Source: an uncultured Methylomirabilota bacterium (lineage in GTDB: Bacteria > Methylomirabilota > Methylomirabilia > Methylomirabilales > 2-02-FULL-66-22). From it: a stretch of DNA of 64,000 nucleotides. Below the pieces are notes generated by a model that searched no databases, was not told where the DNA came from, and saw only the letters and a program-made list of their open reading frames with translations. The position numbers and the translations under genes were made by a program. This document shows, in pieces, positions 60,258 to 64,000 of this stretch. Numbering within the stretch: position 1 is the first letter of the stretch; every line of letters begins with the position of its first letter. The stretch lies in NCBI GenBank assembly GCA_963845565.1, contig CAWJSJ010000005.1, positions 1 through 64,000 of the forward strand, in the 5' to 3' direction.

Positions 60258-61170
60258 GCCGGCGACCGACCCATCCGGGATCATCTTCGACATCCAGCGG
60301 TTCTCGGTGCACGACGGGCCGGGTATCCGTACGCTGGTCTTCTTCAAGGGCTGTCCGCTCGCCTGCCTGTGGTGCTCGAACCCCGAGTCGCAGCGGTTCG
60401 ATCCCGAACTCCTCTTCGATCCGACGAATTGCCTCGCCTGCGGCGGCTGTGCGGAGGTGTGCCCTCACGGAGCCGTCTGGCGCACTGCCGAAAAGTTGGC
60501 GTATGACAGGGGCCGATGTCTTGCGTGCGGCGCGTGCGCCGACGCCTGCCCGGCCGAGGCGCGGACGGTGGCCGGGCGGCGGGTCGCGGCCCCAGACGTG
60601 GTGGCCGAGGTCTTGAAGGACGCCCCGTTCTACGCCAACTCCGGTGGGGGGGTGACCCTGGGGGGCGGTGAGCCGCTGGCCCAATCGGATTTCGCCCGTG
60701 CGATCCTCGCGGGGTGCCGTTTCCATGGGCTCCATACCGCGATCGAGACTTGCGGCCATGTCCCGTGGGCGGCCTTCGAGTCGATCCTGCCCTGGACCAA
60801 TCTGTTCCTCTACGACCTCAAGCACGTGGATGCGGCGACGCACCGGGGGCAGACGGGTGGGGACATCGCGCTCATCCTCTCCAACCTGGAGCGGCTCGTC
60901 GGCGCCAGCGCGACGGTGGTCGTCCGTGTGCCGGTTGTCCCGGGATTCAACGATTCGGCGGAAGATATCCGGGCTATCGCCCGGCAGGTCGCCCGACTTG
61001 GGATCGGGGCGCTTCACCTTTTACCCTACCACCGGCTCGGTCAGAACAAGTATCGGCTGGCGGGTCGGCAGTACGAATTCGCGGGCGGCGACCCAGTGGG
61101 GGACGGTACATTGGCAACACTCCGGGACGCAGTTGCACATCTTGGCCTGTCCGTCACGATCGGCGGGTAA
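60250..61170 (+). CDS. Glycyl radical enzyme activating enzyme (radical SAM with ferredoxin insert)
   Basis: HDGPGIRT, CPLACLWC, CLACGGCAEVC, CLACGACADAC, GGEP, LPYH. Confidence 0.95.
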   Translation: MSEPATDPSGIIFDIQRFSVHDGPGIRTLVFFKGCPLACLWCSNPESQRFDPELLFDPTNCLACGGCAEVCPHGAVWRTAEKLAYDRGRCLACGACADACPAEARTVAGRRVAAPDVVAEVLKDAPFYANSGGGVTLGGGEPLAQSDFARAILAGCRFHGLHTAIETCGHVPWAAFESILPWTNLFLYDLKHVDAATHRGQTGGDIALILSNLERLVGASATVVVRVPVVPGFNDSAEDIRAIARQVARLGIGALHLLPYHRLGQNKYRLAGRQYEFAGGDPVGDGTLATLRDAVAHLGLSVTIGG

Positions 61171-61236
61171 TCGGTTTGGTTTCGGCTTGACGCCTGCGGG
61201 GGGATGTGGTCTGCTTTTCGGCGGGAGGTGGTCGGC

Positions 61237-61425
61237 GTGACGACATGGGGTATCGTTGGACTGGCGTTGCTGTTGGCCTACATTGCGGTCTGCTTCGGGA
61301 GGATCGCCGGCAAGCACGGACGGAACCCGATCCTCTACGGTGTTCTGTCCATCATCTCGCCGGTCAATCTGATCCTGCTCGGAATCTGGGCGTTCTCTCG
61401 GACGGAAACTACAACGAGACGTTGA
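61237..61425 (+). CDS. Small two-TM membrane protein
   Basis: GGAGG RBS; TM-IAGKHGRNP-TM pattern. Confidence 0.6.
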   Translation: MTTWGIVGLALLLAYIAVCFGRIAGKHGRNPILYGVLSIISPVNLILLGIWAFSRTETTTRR

Positions 61426-61461
61426 ACGATCTCGTTCCGCGCTGGTCAAAGGAGCGTCATC

Positions 61462-62364
61462 ATGCCTGATACCGCACTTGGCTTTCTCGGACTGGGCGTC
61501 ATGGGCGGGCCGATGGCCCGGAATCTGGTGAAGGCCGGCTATCCGGTGACCGCCTACGATCCCGACCCCGGCCGGCTGAAGGCCTTCACCGACGCCGGGG
61601 GCAACGCCGCGGCCTCGGCGGCCGCGATCGCCCGGGCGGGAGAGATCGTTTTCCTGTCGCTTCCCACCGGGGACGTGGTCCGGCAGGTGGTCATGGCGGA
61701 CGGGGGGCTCGCCTCCACGATGCCCTCGGGCAGCCTCATCGCCGACCTGAGCACCACGGAGGCAAAGTTGGCCCAGGACGCGGCGGCGGCCTGTGCCACG
61801 CGCGGGATCACCTTCATGGATACCCCGGTGAGCGGGGGCGAGCAGGGGGCCATCGACGCGACCCTGTCCATCATGGTGGGCGGGGCCGCCGCCGGCTTCG
61901 CCCGCGTTGCGCCCATCCTGGCCTGCATGGGCCGTTCCGTCGTGCACATGGGGGGGAGCGGCCTGGGGCAGGCGACCAAGCTCATCAACAACATGATCGT
62001 CGCCGCCGGCTTCGCCGCGGTCTGCGAGGCGTGGGCGCTCGGCGCCAAGGTCGGCCTGGATCCGGCCATGCTGCACGAGGCCATCAAGGGGGGCTGGGCG
62101 GGATCGCGGGTCATGGAAGAGACGGTCCCCCGCCTCTTGGCCAGGAACTTCGTCCCCGGCGGGACCGTGGACATCGCGGTCCGGGACGTCGCCTACGGCC
62201 TGAACATGGCCCGCGGCCTGGATGTCCCGGTTCCGGTGGCGAGCCTGGCCCATGAGCTGTTCCGCATGGCCAAGTCCCAGGGGCAGGGGCCGAAGGCCCA
62301 GCCGATACTCATCACCCTCTGGGAGCAGTGGCTGGGGATCACCGTCGGCGGGGGGAAAAGCTAG
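61462..62364 (+). CDS. Beta-hydroxyacid dehydrogenase family (3-hydroxyisobutyrate dehydrogenase/tartronate semialdehyde reductase-like)
   Basis: GLGVMGGPMA, DTPVSGG, KLINN. Confidence 0.92.
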   Translation: MPDTALGFLGLGVMGGPMARNLVKAGYPVTAYDPDPGRLKAFTDAGGNAAASAAAIARAGEIVFLSLPTGDVVRQVVMADGGLASTMPSGSLIADLSTTEAKLAQDAAAACATRGITFMDTPVSGGEQGAIDATLSIMVGGAAAGFARVAPILACMGRSVVHMGGSGLGQATKLINNMIVAAGFAAVCEAWALGAKVGLDPAMLHEAIKGGWAGSRVMEETVPRLLARNFVPGGTVDIAVRDVAYGLNMARGLDVPVPVASLAHELFRMAKSQGQGPKAQPILITLWEQWLGITVGGGKS

Positions 62365-62377
62365 CGTATGGAGACGT

Positions 62378-62460
62378 AACCACAGATTTCATGGATGACA
62401 CAGGTTATGCTTGGGATTCCCGTCCCGTGAAATCCGCGTAATCTGTGTAATCTGTGGTCC
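62378..62460. repeat. Repeat family R3
   Basis: AACCACAGATTTCATGGATGACACAGG ... AATCCGCGTAATCTGTGTAATCTGTGG. Confidence 0.7.
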
Positions 62461-62474
62461 CATCGGGGGTGAGG

Positions 62475-62756
62475 GTGGAACGGACGCGACGTCAGGAAAT
62501 CCGCGCGCTGTTACTCGAACGCGCCTGGTCCCTGGACGAGTTGGCGGCGAGGTATCTTGTCCCCAAGCGCGTCATCGTGAACGACATGGAGCACATCGCG
62601 CGATCCGTGGCGCCGCGGCAGCGGATCGAGATCCAGGCTCCGGTTTGCGGGGCGTGCGGCTTTCGGTTCAAGGACCGCAAGCGCTTCTCCGATCCGTCGC
62701 GCTGTCCGCGGTGCAAGAACGAACACCTGAGTGCTCAGCGTCTTCGCATTGCGTGA
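62475..62756 (+). CDS. Small HTH plus Zn-ribbon transcriptional regulator
   Basis: TRRQEI, DMEHIARS, CGACGFRF, PSRCPRCK. Confidence 0.85.
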   Translation: MERTRRQEIRALLLERAWSLDELAARYLVPKRVIVNDMEHIARSVAPRQRIEIQAPVCGACGFRFKDRKRFSDPSRCPRCKNEHLSAQRLRIA

Positions 62757-62775
62757 GGAGGTCCGAAGGGGGTTA

Positions 62776-62877
62776 GGAGCCGTTACGAAATAACTTGTCC
62801 ATTTTTGTAATCTCGTTACGGCTCCTTATGCCGTTCCCGAGATTTCTCCGGTCAAGTTATTCTTTGACAACGGCTTA
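62776..62877 (+). mobile_element. Repeat family R2 copy
   Basis: GGAGCCGTTACGAAATAAC...CGTTACGGCTCC...TTTGACAACGGCTTA. Confidence 0.85.
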
Positions 62878-62905
62878 CCGCCTGGCCCGGTTGCGGGGGA
62901 CGCTC

Positions 62906-63097
62906 ATGCGGATCTGGATCAGTCTGGCCTACCTCAGTCTGGGGACGTCACTCATCAGCCTGGCGATTGCCAACGCCTCGTGGCTGCTCAACGCGCCCGC
63001 CGCCGGCTTGAGCCCGCGGGCCTACGCGGGCGGCGCGGTCATCGCACTTCTCTACGCGATCACGTTTCTTCTTTTCGATCTGGCTCAACGACGCTGA
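62906..63097 (+). CDS. Small two-TM hypothetical protein
   Basis: Two hydrophobic helices; GGGGGA RBS. Confidence 0.5.
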   Translation: MRIWISLAYLSLGTSLISLAIANASWLLNAPAAGLSPRAYAGGAVIALLYAITFLLFDLAQRR

Positions 63098-63112
63098 TCG
63101 GAGGGCATCAGA

Positions 63113-63301
63113 TCAGTTCCGCATAGCCCGGACCTGCGTCTCGAACTTCGGATCACGCTCCAGGCGGAACTCCCCGCCGCACTTGCTGCAGTGCCCATGC
63201 CAGGAGGCATCCTGTTGCCGCTCCAGGACGACGACTCCGCAGACTTCCTTTCGAGGAATCCGATGCAACGTGATGGCTATCTGTTGGCTATCCGTGGCCA
63301 T
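63113..63301 (-). CDS. Small hypothetical protein, possible Zn-binding
   Basis: H...C...CSKCG; GGGA upstream. Confidence 0.55.
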   Translation of the reverse strand: MATDSQQIAITLHRIPRKEVCGVVVLERQQDASWHGHCSKCGGEFRLERDPKFETQVRAMRN

Positions 63302-63314
63302 GCGTGTTCCCTTG

Positions 63315-63415
63315 GGAGCCGTTACGAAATAACTTGTCCATTTTTATAATTTCGTTACGGCTCCTTATGCCGTTCGCCGAAATTCTCCGTTCCCGTTATT
63401 CGTTGACAACGGCTT
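63315..63415 (+). mobile_element. Repeat family R2 copy
   Basis: Near-identical to 62776-62877. Confidence 0.85.
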
Positions 63416-63497
63416 GCCGCGATGTTTTGGCGCCGAGCAACTCCAGAATGCCACTAAAGGGGCATCCAGGTCAAGGGGAACGGAGGCGGGGAGCTAA

Positions 63498-63666
63498 CAG
63501 GCTGCTGAAAAAGGCCCATCTGCGGCGTTGGAGCGCCTCGCCACTCGCTGCGACGTACCTCCAGTACGCCTGGACCCAGCTCCGCTGGGTTCCCCGGCTG
63601 CAGCGCTCCGCCTTGCGTCTGGGCCTTTTTGAGCAGCCTGGGCAAAACGGGTTTTTCAGCATCCTG
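63498..63666 (+). mobile_element. Repeat family R1 copy F (hairpin inserted at a different site)
   Basis: CAGGCTGCTGAAAAAGGCCCA...TGGGCCTTTTTGAGCAGCCTG...TTTTTCAGCATCCTG. Confidence 0.85.
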
Positions 63667-63840
63667 TCACGAGAACCGAAAACCGAAAACCGAGAGCCTG
63701 AACCCGAGAGTCGGGGGTGGCGCGCCGGCACTTGATGAATACCCGCGGACGCTCCACGCGTATGGTCACCCGCTTGACGCTTCGCGGACTGGCCTCGTAT
63801 GCTGCGCCCGCGGGCGACGGACAGACGATCGGGAGGACGG

Positions 63841-64000
63841 ATGAAGCGCTACCAGGCTGTGCTCATGGATATGTTCGATACGCTGGTCAACTTCCACTGG
63901 GATCGTCTGCCGCTGATCCGGTTAGACGGACAGGATGTGCGGACGACCAGCCCGCTGCTTTATGAAAGCCTCAGGCCCGGTTTTCCAGATGTGTCCTGCG
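63841..64000 (+). CDS. HAD-family hydrolase (3'-truncated by window edge)
   Basis: GGGAGGA RBS; MKRYQAVLMDMFDTLV, HAD motif I variant. Confidence 0.7.
   Translation, partial: MKRYQAVLMDMFDTLVNFHWDRLPLIRLDGQDVRTTSPLLYESLRPGFPDVSC

Noticed and set aside
7121..60347. Long antisense ORFs such as 7121..9070, 33235..35070, 40644..42491 and 58596..60347
   Set aside because: Shadow frames of GC-rich genes with no recognisable motifs
62795..63735. ORFs 62795..63097 (5' extension), 63304..63735, 63454..63645 and 63471..63731
   Set aside because: They are translations of R1 and R2 repeat sequence; the shared peptides reflect the repeats

Overview
GC-rich bacterial chromosomal window (probably an environmental anaerobe or facultative anaerobe; taxonomy cannot be fixed from this window) devoted mostly to uptake and catabolism. 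It holds two peptide-family ABC clusters, three TRAP clusters, a trypsin-like protease/MoxR/DUF58/vWA operon, a PLP-enzyme/amidohydrolase/D-aminoacylase cluster and an FNR-box-controlled ferredoxin/Crp pair. A ~15 kb LacI-headed locus (46.9-62.4 kb) is built around a glycyl-radical enzyme (GRE) and its activase; the GRE has a diol-dehydratase-like scaffold but appears to have altered substrate-pocket residues, and this locus is the best candidate for an undescribed pathway. A nucleotidyltransferase plus small-protein islet lies between two copies of the 3' end of a dehydrogenase gene. The intergenic spaces carry several families of small structured non-autonomous repeats, some nested inside each other, and no transposase was recognised in the window. 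Eight genes contain apparent frameshifts, most likely sequencing or assembly indels. No rRNA, tRNA or CRISPR array was seen.
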